Shown here: positions 33,424-43,445 of the stretch, in pieces
Layout: each line of letters opens with the position of its first letter
Numbering within the stretch: position 1 is the stretch's first letter
Made by a program: the position numbers and the translations under genes
Assembly (NCBI GenBank): GCA_049860595.1
Contig: CP187551.1
DNA length: 64,000 nt
Source: Methanocaldococcus sp. 16A
GTDB lineage: Archaea; AGJL01; Methanococci; Methanococcales; Methanocaldococcaceae
Direction: 5' to 3' (one strand)
Notes under the pieces: model-generated
Told to the model about the DNA's origin: nothing
Database searches by the model: none
Seen by the model: only the letters and a program-made list of their open reading frames with translations

Positions 33424-34077
33424 TTACAATACTCTTCCTTCAACAATTCCTAATTTCTCTTTGTGTTTGTCCATAGTTCTTGTAAAGTTTAAGCTTTTTA
33501 GAGCTTCAAATGTAGCCATTGCGAAGTTGTATGTTGTTCTTGTTTCTCCAAATGTCTTTGTCCAAACATCTTTAATTCCAGCTAATCCTAAAACTGCCTT
33601 AGCAACATCTCCAGCAACTAAACCAACTCCCTTTGGAGCTGGTAATATCTCTATTGCAGTACTACCACACTTTCCATATCCTTTGTATGGAATTGAGTGA
33701 GGAGTTCCACAACCACACTCCCAAGAACCACAACCTCTCTTAACTCTAATAATGTTTTTCTTTGCTTGAGCTATAGCTTTTCTAATTGCAGGCCCCACTT
33801 CCTTAGCCTTACCTTTTCCAACACCAACATAACCATTTCTGTTTCCTACAACAACGGTAGCTCTAAATCTTGCTCTTCTTCCTGACTTGTGCATTCTCTG
33901 AACTAACTTAACGTCTAAAACTTTCTCTTCCAAATCTGGAAGAAGAGCATCTACAATTTCAGGCTCTAAAATTGGTAAGTTGTTATCTAAGATGTAATCA
34001 ATGTCAGTTATTTGCCCTTCTTTAACCATTCTTCCAACAGTGGTTTTTGGTTCCCACTCGTCTATGTTGAATCTCAT
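33424..34077 (-). CDS. rps5: 30S ribosomal protein uS5
   Basis: [13 protein letters not shown] and RGCGSWEC motifs. Confidence 0.96.
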   Translation of the reverse strand: MRFNIDEWEPKTTVGRMVKEGQITDIDYILDNNLPILEPEIVDALLPDLEEKVLDVKLVQRMHKSGRRARFRATVVVGNRNGYVGVGKGKAKEVGPAIRKAIAQAKKNIIRVKRGCGSWECGCGTPHSIPYKGYGKCGSTAIEILPAPKGVGLVAGDVAKAVLGLAGIKDVWTKTFGETRTTYNFAMATFEALKSLNFTRTMDKHKEKLGIVEGRVL

Positions 34078-34086
34078 TATCTCACC

Positions 34087-34674
34087 TTAGAACATGCTGT
34101 CTATCTTTGCCTTTATTTCTTCAAAGTGTTCTGGTAATTTTTCTGGCTCTAAACCTTTCTCTAAGTATTTTGAGAACTGTTTCTTGTATTTTTCTTCATC
34201 CTGTTCTTTTAACATTTCAGCATAAGCTTTTATGTGTTCTCCCCTTATTCTATCTTCTGATGGTAATATCTCTTCTCCATGAGGAATTTCCATTCCAGCA
34301 TCTAAAGCTCCTTTTAATATTGCAAATACGGCAGCTCCTTTTGTAGCTCTGTGCAATCCAATATCTAAAACTGCCTCAGTGTAGCCTTTAGCTAATGCCT
34401 TCTTCCCTAACAAATAACCTGTTAAGTATGCTGATGGTAAGTTTCCTGTGTGTCCTTTGTAACCTAATTTAATTAACTCTCTTGAATGAGCTGAAACTAC
34501 TGTTCTATCTCCTTTCTCATCATACAATATAATTTGAGCAATGCAGTGATTTAATGACTTTCTTGCCACCAATCTTGGTTTTCTTGATAATAGTAATCTT
34601 AATCTTTTTCTGTAATCAGTTTTTGCTTCTCTTCTTCTTCTAAATTTAACTCTATAAGTTGGACCTGTTGCCAT
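34087..34674 (-). CDS. rpl18: 50S ribosomal protein uL18
   Basis: [14 protein letters not shown] and [10 protein letters not shown] motifs. Confidence 0.96.
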   Translation of the reverse strand: MATGPTYRVKFRRRREAKTDYRKRLRLLLSRKPRLVARKSLNHCIAQIILYDEKGDRTVVSAHSRELIKLGYKGHTGNLPSAYLTGYLLGKKALAKGYTEAVLDIGLHRATKGAAVFAILKGALDAGMEIPHGEEILPSEDRIRGEHIKAYAEMLKEQDEEKYKKQFSKYLEKGLEPEKLPEHFEEIKAKIDSMF

Positions 34675-34707
34675 GCTTCCTCACCTTCCTACTAAAAATT
34701 GTTTTAA

Positions 34708-35163
34708 TTATTTTAAGAGTTCGTGTTCTTTCATGTATAGGAAGAGGTGGCTTCTACTTCTGAATGCTCCTCCTTTTGCCATTCTGTAAAGTTTTCTGTA
34801 AACTTTTCTATCAATTTTTCCAGTATCTCTTAATTGTTTGAGTGTTTTTCTTAAAGCTCTAATTGTAGCCATCCATTTTTCTTTTTGTGGAGTTCTTGCC
34901 CCAGCAGCTCCTCTTCTTGAACCTGGACCTCTTCTTCTACCTTTTCTTCTCTGCTCTTTTAATTTTTTAACTCTTGCACTGCTAATTCCTTTTTTCTGTT
35001 TCTTCTTAATAACTCCTTCTTTAATTAAAGCTCTTATATCATCTTTTGACATAGCCATTTTAACTCTTTCTAATTGTGTTGGGTCAATCCATACTCTCTC
35101 TATCCCGCATTTTAATATCTCAGCAGCCATTCTCCTTTGAACAGATACGTTCATAATTATCAC
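34708..35163 (-). CDS. rpl19e: 50S ribosomal protein eL19
   Basis: QRRMAA..LKCG..RVWIDP and GRRRGPGSRRG motifs. Confidence 0.96.
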   Translation of the reverse strand: MIIMNVSVQRRMAAEILKCGIERVWIDPTQLERVKMAMSKDDIRALIKEGVIKKKQKKGISSARVKKLKEQRRKGRRRGPGSRRGAAGARTPQKEKWMATIRALRKTLKQLRDTGKIDRKVYRKLYRMAKGGAFRSRSHLFLYMKEHELLK

Positions 35164-35219
35164 CTATGATAAAAGCAAATTATCTTTAAAGAAGCCTGCA
35201 ATAATGAGAGAAAAGCAAT

Positions 35220-35645
35220 TTATTCATTATTTTCATTATTTTTTTCAGCTAATTTTAATAACTCTTCCTGTTTTTCTTGTGAGATGTTTAATATTCTTAT
35301 TCCTAATTCTCTTGCTCTTTTGATAATTTCAATTTTCTTTCTTTTACCAACTGTTGAAGCAATTCTTGCTCCTTGTGTTTCTGGATTTAACTTTTCTAAA
35401 TCTTTTACATTGTAAACTAAAACATCCTCTAATCCACTTGGATGTAATCCTCTAACTGCCTTTGGCATTCTATATCCAATTTCAACAACAGGAGGTTTTT
35501 CTTTCCACTTTAATCTCATCTTGCTGTGTCTTCCTTTTGGTCTTCTCCATTTTTCTCCTAATCTCTTATGTCTGTGAGCCTCTTGTCTTATAAAGTCAGG
35601 CTTTTTCATTTTTAATTTAAATCTTAATCTTAATAGCCTGTTCAT
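35220..35645 (-). CDS. rpl32e: 50S ribosomal protein eL32
   Basis: WRRPKG.HSK.R and RGLHPSG motifs. Confidence 0.96.
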   Translation of the reverse strand: MNRLLRLRFKLKMKKPDFIRQEAHRHKRLGEKWRRPKGRHSKMRLKWKEKPPVVEIGYRMPKAVRGLHPSGLEDVLVYNVKDLEKLNPETQGARIASTVGKRKKIEIIKRARELGIRILNISQEKQEELLKLAEKNNENNE

Positions 35646-35672
35646 AATTTCCCCTCTCGCTTAAATTTTTAT

Positions 35673-36221
35673 TTAGATAGCTTTTCCAGCTTTCTCTACA
35701 ATGTAAATTCCATCTTGGAAGACTCTTGGGTCTCTTCCTTTAATTCTTGTTGCCTGCTCTATGTTAGCAGCAGTTTGTCCTACCTTTTCTTTATCAATTC
35801 CTGTAACTATAACGTCCTCTCCACTAATCTTAACGGTAACTCCTTCCATAATTCTTGCTCTTCTTGGGTGTTTCTCCCCTAAGAAGTTTTCAATGATAAC
35901 CTCATTACCTTTAACACTAACTTTCATTGGGAAGTGTGCATATCTAATCTTTAATTTGTATGTAAATCCTTCAGTAACTCCTTTAATCATGTTGTTTATA
36001 TGAGCCCTTATAGTTCCAACCATTGCTTTATCTTTTCTTCTTGGATATTCGCAAGATATAACAACTTCATCTCCTTCCTTCTTAATTACAATTTTTGGAT
36101 GCTCAAATTTCCTCCTTAACTCTTTTCCTCCACTTTTTACAACAACTTCATTGTTGTTTATCTCAACTTGAACATTTTCAGGGATTTTTACCCTTTCCTC
36201 AATATAGGCGGCAACTGGCAT
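35673..36221 (-). CDS. rpl6: 50S ribosomal protein uL6
   Basis: YAHFP, NFLGEK and [12 protein letters not shown] motifs. Confidence 0.96.
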   Translation of the reverse strand: MPVAAYIEERVKIPENVQVEINNNEVVVKSGGKELRRKFEHPKIVIKKEGDEVVISCEYPRRKDKAMVGTIRAHINNMIKGVTEGFTYKLKIRYAHFPMKVSVKGNEVIIENFLGEKHPRRARIMEGVTVKISGEDVIVTGIDKEKVGQTAANIEQATRIKGRDPRVFQDGIYIVEKAGKAI

Positions 36222-36259
36222 AAACTCACCTCAAAATTTAAATTTAATTTAGAACGTGT

Positions 36260-36652
36260 TTAATAGACATAAGCTAATAATCTTCCTCCTAATCCTCTCT
36301 TCTTAGCTTCTTCGTGGCTCATAACTCCCTGTGTAGTTGAAACAATTAATATACCAAAATCTCTTGCTGGTAAGTATCTTTTTTCAAACTTTTCATATCC
36401 AAATTTTTTGACAGGGAATCTTGGTTTTATAGCTCCACACTTGTTTATCTTCCCTATTAATTCAACTTTAAATATTCCTGCTCTACCGTCCTCTATAAAT
36501 TCAAATTCTCCTATATAGCCATTATCTTGCATAACTTTTAAAACCCTTCCAATCAATTTAGACGCTGGTTTTATATAAACTACTTTTTTACCCACTCTTT
36601 CACAGTTAGAGATATGGTTTAATGCATTTGCTAGTGGGTCCATTAAACTCAT
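36260..36652 (-). CDS. rps8: 30S ribosomal protein uS8
   Basis: DPLANAL and [11 protein letters not shown]....GGRL motifs. Confidence 0.96.
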
Positions 36653-36698
36653 GTTTTCCCTCCATTAAGAATTTTTAATTTTGGCTGAGTGTTTTGGT

Positions 36699-36860
36699 TT
36701 AATCTAATTTCTTAAATCCTAATTTGTGAGCAATTTCTCTAAAACACTGTCTGCAGAGGTTTAATCCATACTTTCTAATTAAACCTGGACCTACATGTCC
36801 ACATCTTTGACATGGCCTAATTCCATAACCATACTTCTTTTTCCATGGTTTTTTTGCCAT
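36699..36860 (-). CDS. rps14: 30S ribosomal protein uS14, zinc-binding type (53 aa; below ORF-track cutoff)
   Basis: Manual translation [53 protein letters not shown]; lies between rpl5 and rps8. Confidence 0.95.
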   Translation of the reverse strand: MAKKPWKKKYGYGIRPCQRCGHVGPGLIRKYGLNLCRQCFREIAHKLGFKKLD

Positions 36861-36873
36861 CCACATCACCTTT

Positions 36874-37446
36874 TTATTGTGTTTCTTCTTCCTCTTCTAA
36901 CAATACTCTCTCAACTTTAATTCCGAAGGTTTTTTCTATAAATTCAATTGCTTCTTCTCTTGTTAATCTATGTCTTCTTGGAATTTTAGCTCTACATCTC
37001 TTTCTTCTTTTAACTCTAAATCCAGGTCTTTCTAAGGTAACACAAACGTCCATACCATAAACTCCAATCATTGGGTCGTATTTTTGCCCTGGAAAATCTA
37101 TATGTTCATGAATACCAAATGAGAAGTTTCCATAATCGTCAAATGAATAATCATACAATTTTTTACCTTCTTTTTGGAATGCTTCAAATGCATTCTTTAA
37201 AAATTCCTCCGCTTTCTTTCCTCTTAATGTAACCTTTAACCCAATAGGTAACTTCTTTCTAATTCCAAATGATGGGTTTGTTTGCTTAGCTCTTGTTCTT
37301 ATTGGTTTTTGCCCTGTTAATTCTTCCATAACTTGAGCTCCTTTTGTTAATCTATCTCCACTCTCTCCTACCCCAAAATTAACAACAACTTTTTCAATTC
37401 TTGGTTTCAACATTGGATTCTTTTGCCATAATTCTTCAAAGCTCAT
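36874..37446 (-). CDS. rpl5: 50S ribosomal protein uL5
   Basis: [18 protein letters not shown] and GNFSFGI.EHI motifs. Confidence 0.96.
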   Translation of the reverse strand: MSFEELWQKNPMLKPRIEKVVVNFGVGESGDRLTKGAQVMEELTGQKPIRTRAKQTNPSFGIRKKLPIGLKVTLRGKKAEEFLKNAFEAFQKEGKKLYDYSFDDYGNFSFGIHEHIDFPGQKYDPMIGVYGMDVCVTLERPGFRVKRRKRCRAKIPRRHRLTREEAIEFIEKTFGIKVERVLLEEEEETQ

Positions 37447-37477
37447 GTTTCTCCCTCATTTGTATATTATAAAGAGT

Positions 37478-38212
37478 TTATAATTTAATGATTGGTTCTT
37501 CATCTCCTACAACGAAGACATAATCCTTAACTGTTTTAAATTTATCTCCTTCTAAGTTCTCTAATGTAACTATATCTGGATAAATTCCTCTTTTCTCTAT
37601 TTCTACAATTCTTGCAAAGTCACCAACGTGTTTTCCTCCTGTAATATAAGCTAATTTACCTACTTCAAATGGAATGTGTGCTTTAATTTCTTGTTCAGGA
37701 ATTGAGATTAATAAAGTATCTCCTGTTTTATAAACATCTTCTTCAGCTTTTGTTGGGTCTGAAACTTTTATAACAATATTTCTTCCATCATGTAAGTTTA
37801 ATTGAATATGCCCTCCTTTAACAACTGTCTTATTTTTAATTTTACATAATTTAACATCTGGATTTTCTGTTGGTTTTAATTTAACTCTTCCTTTTCTATC
37901 AAAGAGAACTCTGTAATTTTCGTTTGCATCAGGTAATGAGACAACATCCATTAATCCAACAGGTAACTTTTCTTCTTTTCTAACTCTTCCATCAACTAAA
38001 ACTTTACCCATCTTAATGATTTTTTTAGCTTCTCTTGCGTTATCAGCATATTTTAAAACATCCCTAATAACTAACAATAATGGTATTGACTCACTCATTG
38101 GGTGTGCTCCTGGTAATGGCCTAACTGTAAATTTGTGAACCTTTCTTGGCAACTCCCATCTAACTGGAGCCGCTAATCTTTTTAAATGTCTTTTTGGACC
38201 TTTTTTTGCCAT
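37478..38212 (-). CDS. rps4e: 30S ribosomal protein eS4
   Basis: HLKRLAAP, PGAH and QLNLHDGRN motifs. Confidence 0.96.
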   Translation of the reverse strand: MAKKGPKRHLKRLAAPVRWELPRKVHKFTVRPLPGAHPMSESIPLLLVIRDVLKYADNAREAKKIIKMGKVLVDGRVRKEEKLPVGLMDVVSLPDANENYRVLFDRKGRVKLKPTENPDVKLCKIKNKTVVKGGHIQLNLHDGRNIVIKVSDPTKAEEDVYKTGDTLLISIPEQEIKAHIPFEVGKLAYITGGKHVGDFARIVEIEKRGIYPDIVTLENLEGDKFKTVKDYVFVVGDEEPIIKL

Positions 38213-38225
38213 CCTTTCACCTTAT

Positions 38226-38594
38226 TTACTTTTTAATGTGTTTGAATCTTCTTTCATCTTTGTCATACAACTTAATAATCATGACATTTGATGGGTGTAT
38301 TGGATAAGGAACTTCTCTTCCATCTTGTCTTTTGTTGTTTGCTCCTTCAACATATATTCTGTATCTCTTTAAATCAACTTTAATTACTTCTCCTTCCAAT
38401 CCTTTAAAGTCTCCTCTCATTATTCTAACAACATCTCCCTTTCTAACAGGGATAGCATTTCTTCCCAATTTTTCCTTCAACTCTTTTGATAACATTGCAG
38501 ACATAACTTTCCTTCTTAAGTGGAGAGGAGCATTAAATAATGCTTTTCTCTGTTTTCTTGGCTGTTTTGACTTTGTAAAAGCCATATTTTTCAC
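38226..38594 (-). CDS. rpl24: 50S ribosomal protein uL24
   Basis: [19 protein letters not shown] and IHPSNV motifs. Confidence 0.96.
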   Translation of the reverse strand: MKNMAFTKSKQPRKQRKALFNAPLHLRRKVMSAMLSKELKEKLGRNAIPVRKGDVVRIMRGDFKGLEGEVIKVDLKRYRIYVEGANNKRQDGREVPYPIHPSNVMIIKLYDKDERRFKHIKK

Positions 38595-38617
38595 CTTTAA
38601 GATTTGTTTAAATTGAT

Positions 38618-39016
38618 TTATACAATTATCTTAGCGATTCTTGCAATACCTGGCCATCTTTCAGCTGCTTCTTTTGCTACAGGACCTTTAATATCTGAAC
38701 CCTTTGGGTTTCCATCCGGTGTTACTATAACAACTGCATTATCTGCAAACTTAACTCTTGTTCCATCAGGCCTTCTAATTTCTTTTCTCTGTCTAATAAC
38801 AACTGCTGGCAAAACCTGTTTTCTCATCTCTGGTGTACCTTTTTTAACTGTAACTACAACCATATCTCCTACTCTTGCTGTTGGTAATCTTCTTGCAACC
38901 CCTTTGTAGTTTTTCACAGCTATGATTTCAACTTCTTTAGCTCCAGTGTTGTCAGCACAAATGCATCTTGCTCCAACAGGTAATCCTCTCACAGGTTTTG
39001 AACCAATTGCTTTCAT
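38618..39016 (-). CDS. rpl14: 50S ribosomal protein uL14
   Basis: [15 protein letters not shown] and GPVAKE motifs. Confidence 0.96.
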   Translation of the reverse strand: MKAIGSKPVRGLPVGARCICADNTGAKEVEIIAVKNYKGVARRLPTARVGDMVVVTVKKGTPEMRKQVLPAVVIRQRKEIRRPDGTRVKFADNAVVIVTPDGNPKGSDIKGPVAKEAAERWPGIARIAKIIV

Positions 39017-39048
39017 ATTTTTTCACCTTTTAGATTTATGAATCAAAT

Positions 39049-39402
39049 TTATTCTTCTCCTTTAATTTCTTTAATATTTCCTAATTTTTCAATGACAACG
39101 AATGCTTTTGTTTTACTTATAGGTCTACATTCCATAACTCTTACAATATCTCCAACTTTTGCGTTTATGCATGGTGGATTGTGTGCTGCTAATTTTGACG
39201 TTCTTCTTTCATATCTTTCATATTTTTTGATATATTTTACAATTTCTCTCTTAATAATGACTGTTTTTTGTGGTTTATCGCTAACTACAACTCCAACAAA
39301 GCTCTGCCCTCTTACTGGCAAAGTTCCGTGAAATGGACAATTTTTATCATCACATTCTACTTCTGGAGCTTTAACTGGAATTCCAATATTTCTTGCTACC
39401 AT
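39049..39402 (-). CDS. rps17: 30S ribosomal protein uS17
   Basis: [13 protein letters not shown] and ECRPISKTK motifs. Confidence 0.96.
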   Translation of the reverse strand: MVARNIGIPVKAPEVECDDKNCPFHGTLPVRGQSFVGVVVSDKPQKTVIIKREIVKYIKKYERYERRTSKLAAHNPPCINAKVGDIVRVMECRPISKTKAFVVIEKLGNIKEIKGEE

Positions 39403-39469
39403 GTTTTTACCTCCTATTTGCAGGTTTTTAAGTTTATTTTATTGAATTTTAGAGCTAAAGATGATTAAA

Positions 39470-39638
39470 TAGGACAAAAATATTATTCATGCATCCAGAC
39501 CGTTAAACTGTCTGAATGCACTTTAATATCTATTAAGGAAGTTTTAAAGCTAAAGCTTCAATCTAATTTAATAAAAATATATTATTTTTGCATTCAAACA
39601 GTTACACTTTAATTGATATATAATGTGCGAAAGTCATA
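39470..39638. repeat. Nested repeats: family-3 element (39506-39603) plus a truncated copy, inside a degenerate family-1 shell
   Basis: TIRs AACTGTCTGAATGCA / TGCATTCAAACAGTT; an extra right end TGCATCCAGACCGTT at 39490; outer TAGGAC (39470) and TGCGAAAGTCATA (39626-39638). Confidence 0.65.
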
Positions 39639-39661
39639 TATAGAAACCTATATATTACTTT

Positions 39662-39674
39662 AACGGTTGGGGCA
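39662..39674 (-). promoter_or_regulatory. Downstream arm of a 13-bp long-range inverted repeat, complementary to the rnp1 ribosome-binding region
   Basis: AACGGTTGGGGCA (39662-39674) is the exact reverse complement of TGCCCCAACCGTT (40025-40037). Confidence 0.7.
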
Positions 39675-39734
39675 AAAATAAGCGTTATTATAGTAACATC
39701 TCTTTTTCTACAAAACACTTTTGAAAACTTACTG

Positions 39735-40022
39735 CTAATATGGATAAAGTATCTTTATCTTTTTCTTTAATCTCTCTTCTGGTCTCCCTATCAGCAATCT
39801 TCCATCAACTTTCACTTTACATTCATTTAATTCAAATAAGAATACTGCAATATCCTTTGGAATAGTCACTTCTTTGCCATTCTCTTTTTCTATCACTAAG
39901 GTATTTCTTGTTTCATCCACTACTCTCCCTTTAATCCCTATCATCGCTTTGTTCTTTGCATCAACAATCTCTACTCTAAGCCCTATAAGTTCATGCCTAA
40001 GTATGTTGTATGGAGTTATCAT
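39735..40022 (-). CDS. rnp1: RNase P protein component 1 (Rpp29/Pop4)
   Basis: HELIGL.V.I, GI.G.VVDETRNTL and GRPEER motifs. Confidence 0.95.
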   Translation of the reverse strand: MITPYNILRHELIGLRVEIVDAKNKAMIGIKGRVVDETRNTLVIEKENGKEVTIPKDIAVFLFELNECKVKVDGRLLIGRPEERLKKKIKILYPY

Positions 40023-40024
40023 GA

Positions 40025-40082
40025 TGCCCCAACCGTTTTACGGGAACGGGGTGTGCCCTTTCAGGGCATCCGCGTCCCCTCT
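40025..40082 (-). promoter_or_regulatory. GC-rich structured RNA element in the rnp1 5' leader
   Basis: GGGGACG/CGUUCCC outer stem enclosing a UGCCC-UGAAA-GGGCA hairpin; strongly GC-rich against AT-rich spacers. Confidence 0.65.
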
Positions 40083-40132
40083 ATTTCATTTAATCCAAAA
40101 TAAAATTAAATTAAAAAGTTAAAAGTTAAAAT

Positions 40133-40444
40133 TTATCTAATTTCAATTGAATCTCTTGAGAAACCCATTTTAACGAGTTCTTCAGCAACTTTTTTTCTGT
40201 GGTCTCCCTGAAGTTCAATAGAATCTCCTTTAACAGTCCCTCCACAAGCACAAATATCTTTTAATTTCTTAGCAAGCTCTTTTAAGTCTATAACACTTGT
40301 ATCAAAACCTTCAATTATGGTCATTAATTTACCAAATCTTCTTTTTGTAACGTATATTTTTATTTTTTGTTCCTCTTTAGCTATTTCTTCACAAACACAT
40401 AATTCTTTTGGTAATCCACATCTTGGACAAATTTCTGGCATCAC
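40133..40444 (-). CDS. Translation initiation factor SUI1 / aIF1 homolog
   Basis: CP.CGLP.ELC.C, RRFGK, ACGGTVK and LQGDH motifs. Confidence 0.93.
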   Translation of the reverse strand: MMPEICPRCGLPKELCVCEEIAKEEQKIKIYVTKRRFGKLMTIIEGFDTSVIDLKELAKKLKDICACGGTVKGDSIELQGDHRKKVAEELVKMGFSRDSIEIR

Positions 40445-40549
40445 TGCACCTCTGTATTTTATATGCCATCTAAGTAATTGAGTATAGTAAATAATATTTA
40501 GATAAGGTATTTAAATTTTTCCTTGGATGTTTGGTTTAATTTTTGTTAA

Positions 40550-40762
40550 TTATTGTGAAGCCATTCTTTTCTTTTCATTCATTATTGTTAATATTCTTGC
40601 TATTGTTCTTCTAATTTCTCTCATTCTACCTGGATTTGAAGGAGCTCCAGCAACAGCTTTACTTGCTCTCTCTTTTAACAATTCTCTTTTCAATTCTACG
40701 AGTTTTTCTTTTAATTCTTCTATTGACATTTCCCTTAACTCATTAGCTCTTAATATAGCCAT
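40550..40762 (-). CDS. rpl29: 50S ribosomal protein uL29
   Basis: ELREMS and NPGR.REIRR.IARILT motifs. Confidence 0.95.
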   Translation of the reverse strand: MAILRANELREMSIEELKEKLVELKRELLKERASKAVAGAPSNPGRMREIRRTIARILTIMNEKKRMASQ

Positions 40763-40774
40763 GTTTATTCACCT

Positions 40775-41401
40775 TTATTGTTCTTCTTCAACTACATGCT
40801 TAACTTCCATATCCTCTTTAATTATAATTTCATCTGGTAATAAGACATCTGGTCTCATGATTTTTACTGTAACTCCTATAACCCCTGGCTTTGTTTTTGC
40901 TATTGCTCTTCCTTTATCAACAAGTTCTTCAGCTGGCTCTCCACAGTGTTTCATGTATCCAGCCATGAACTTCTCTGTTCTTGCTCTCTCTCCAGTTAAT
41001 TTACCTGAGATAATAACTATAACCCCTTTAGCTCCAGCGTTCATAACTCTCCTTACAGCTGTATGCCCAACTCTTCTAAAGTGTAACCCTCTCTCTAATG
41101 ACTGAGCTACTTTTTGAGCAACAACTTGAGCATCTAAATCAGGATTTTCAACAGGTTTAACATCAATTTGTGGTTTTTCAACACCAAACTCCTTAGCTAA
41201 TTTCTCTGTTAATTCTCTAATTCTAGTACCTCTTCTACCAATAACAAAACCAGGTTTCTCAGCATAGATGATAATTTTTGTTCCTATAGGTGTTTTTCTT
41301 ATATCGCAGTGGCTGTATCCCGCTCTACTTAACTCTTTCTTAAAGTACTCATCAATTAACAATCTCTTAACATTTTCTTTAACAAATGTTCTCTCAATCA
41401 T
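40775..41401 (-). CDS. rps3: 30S ribosomal protein uS3
   Basis: PG.VIGR.G..IREL KH motif; GAKG....SGK. Confidence 0.96.
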   Translation of the reverse strand: MIERTFVKENVKRLLIDEYFKKELSRAGYSHCDIRKTPIGTKIIIYAEKPGFVIGRRGTRIRELTEKLAKEFGVEKPQIDVKPVENPDLDAQVVAQKVAQSLERGLHFRRVGHTAVRRVMNAGAKGVIVIISGKLTGERARTEKFMAGYMKHCGEPAEELVDKGRAIAKTKPGVIGVTVKIMRPDVLLPDEIIIKEDMEVKHVVEEEQ

Positions 41402-41427
41402 CTATTCCACCTTTATATCTTATTTTT

Positions 41428-41898
41428 TTAGTGGTATTCTTCTAAGATAACTTGTATATGAACTGTTTCTTGGAATTTAGGTGTAGCTCTACCAAATGCT
41501 CTTGGCATGTATCTTTTGATTGTTATTCCCTTGTTTGTTGAGATATGTTTTATTCTCAATTTTTCTACATTTAAACCTTTGTATTCAGCATTTGCCTTTG
41601 CATAGTTTAATATCTTTAAGATTGCCTTAGCTGCTTTAACTGGGTATCTACCAGCAGGCCATCCTAATTTACCTTTTCTGTGCCCTACTTTCTTGCAGTG
41701 TCTTCTAAAGAGAACAGGTCTTCTCATTGCAATAACATCTTCTAAGAACCTTATAGCATCATCCAATTTCATTCCATTTATTGATTTACATATCTCTCTT
41801 GCATGTTTTCTTGATATTGGAATATTTCTTCCCATAGCCCTTGCTGTTTTTTCAGGATTGACTTGTATCTTATATTTTAATTTAGCCATCAATATCAC
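41428..41898 (-). CDS. rpl22: 50S ribosomal protein uL22
   Basis: GRYPVKAA, NAEYKGL and PRAFGRA motifs. Confidence 0.96.
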   Translation of the reverse strand: MILMAKLKYKIQVNPEKTARAMGRNIPISRKHAREICKSINGMKLDDAIRFLEDVIAMRRPVLFRRHCKKVGHRKGKLGWPAGRYPVKAAKAILKILNYAKANAEYKGLNVEKLRIKHISTNKGITIKRYMPRAFGRATPKFQETVHIQVILEEYH

Positions 41899-42209
41899 CC
41901 TTAAGCTTACTTAACTGTAAGAAGTTTATATTACTTTTATTAGTGCTCAACCATAACAACCCAGAATGCCATAAAATAATAAATATCAAATTGTGAGCAT
42001 CCTGGGATTTTTCTATTTTCTATATTTGTTATCATTTTCATTTGCCTGTTTATGCTATTTAAACTTATGAATATCTCATCAACGGCAGTTAGAGATTTTA
42101 GAATGTAAGAATATAAAATTTTTAAAGTGTTATATATAATTTACGAATAAATAGGAAACAATAAAACAAAAACAATTTTCAGCCCAATATTCAAAAAAAG
42201 TATTAAAAT

Positions 42210-42479
42210 TTATGCCAATGAAACTTCTACTGTTTCAACGCTCTCAACATCGTCAATCTCTGCTAAAGCATTTTCTATTGGCTCTGTTCCTCCTTCTCTT
42301 TCCTCCATTTCAATAACGGTGTATATAGCGTATAAACCAAAAGCTAATGGCTCATCAAATAATCCCCTTATAGCAACATCTTGTTTTTCTAATACCTCTT
42401 TAATCTTCTCTTTTAACTCTTCTTTATTAACTTCTGGACTTGTAGGCATAATTTTTATTTTTGCTAATACAGCTGCCAT
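42210..42479 (-). CDS. ef1b: Elongation factor 1-beta
   Basis: KIMP.SPEV and EPLAFGL motifs. Confidence 0.93.
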   Translation of the reverse strand: MAAVLAKIKIMPTSPEVNKEELKEKIKEVLEKQDVAIRGLFDEPLAFGLYAIYTVIEMEEREGGTEPIENALAEIDDVESVETVEVSLA

Positions 42480-42509
42480 TTTCTCACCACATATTATTGA
42501 AATTTAGAT

Positions 42510-42674
42510 TTATGGGCCTTCAAACCCACATTTTGGACATTTGTATGGGTTGTTTAATTTTCTGCATCTCTCACATCTTACAATCTCTACTTCTCCACAG
42601 TTTGGACATGGGAATTTTGTTGATTTCTCTCTTGGTGCAATCTCAGCATTACAGCTTATGCAAATGTATTTCAT
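42510..42674 (-). CDS. Small zinc-finger protein (DUF1610 / HVO_2753-like), 54 aa
   Basis: CISC, FPCPNCG, RCERCR and [11 protein letters not shown]; conserved upstream of ef1b; the longer ORF-track N-terminus comes from repeat DNA. Confidence 0.88.
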   Translation of the reverse strand: MKYICISCNAEIAPREKSTKFPCPNCGEVEIVRCERCRKLNNPYKCPKCGFEGP

Positions 42675-42697
42675 CTTTCCCACCCAATAATTTTTAT

Positions 42698-42761
42698 ATG
42701 AAACTTTTAGTAAAAGTTTCATCAAAACGGATGCATTGCTTCCTAAAGGAAGCAATGCCTC
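42698..42761. repeat. Two REP-like palindromes shared with the tRNA-Val-adjacent element
   Basis: ATGAAACTTTT-AGT-AAAAGTTTCAT; 32-bp GATGCATTGCTTCCTAAAGGAAGCAATGCCTC, the exact reverse complement of 51766-51797. Confidence 0.85.
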
Positions 42762-42778
42762 TTAAGTACATATCAGGT

Positions 42779-43429
42779 TTATAATTTACCTATTCCGATA
42801 ATTTTTGTATATATGTTGTGTTTTCCTTCTAAAATATCTATAACTCTCTCTGGATATTTGCCATTAACAACGTAAGCGTTCATTTTAAATTGTTTTAAAA
42901 GAATTGGAAAGGTCTCATCTACAGATGTTAAACCTTTAATGTCATTTGCATTAATAATATTTAATAGTTTCCCTTCTGGGAATTTGTCATATATACCATC
43001 AACATTTGTAGCTATTATAACTTCCCTAACATCTAATAACTTTCCTATATATAAACTTAATGAATCTGATGTTATAGCCCAAGAATGCTCAGCCATATCA
43101 GTAGATAGCAAAATTTTTGAAGGTAATATAACAGCAATTTTTTCTTTTTCTATCTCTCTTTTTAAATCAAATAGTGTATCGTAAGCTTTTATATTCCCAA
43201 TTTCAGCATAAACCTCTCCAACCAAATCCATACATTTTATAGCAAGCTTATGGGATAAAGAGTTAGAAATTTTTAGATTTTTATCTATCTTTCTAACGAT
43301 ATTTGCAAACTCTCCTCCTCCAGGAATAACAACTACCTTCTTATCATTTTCTTTTGCATAGTTTTTCAATGCTTTTAATAATGGCTCTGCATCATAAGTT
43401 AAAGAACCACCAATTTTTATTATATGCAT
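42779..43429 (-). CDS. mfnE: [5-(aminomethyl)furan-3-yl]methyl phosphate kinase (amino acid kinase family, methanofuran pathway)
   Basis: KIGGSL, PGGGEFAN..R, HSW.ITSDS and T.VDG motifs. Confidence 0.8.
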   Translation of the reverse strand: MHIIKIGGSLTYDAEPLLKALKNYAKENDKKVVVIPGGGEFANIVRKIDKNLKISNSLSHKLAIKCMDLVGEVYAEIGNIKAYDTLFDLKREIEKEKIAVILPSKILLSTDMAEHSWAITSDSLSLYIGKLLDVREVIIATNVDGIYDKFPEGKLLNIINANDIKGLTSVDETFPILLKQFKMNAYVVNGKYPERVIDILEGKHNIYTKIIGIGKL

Positions 43430-43445
43430 TTAACTTCACCAACAA

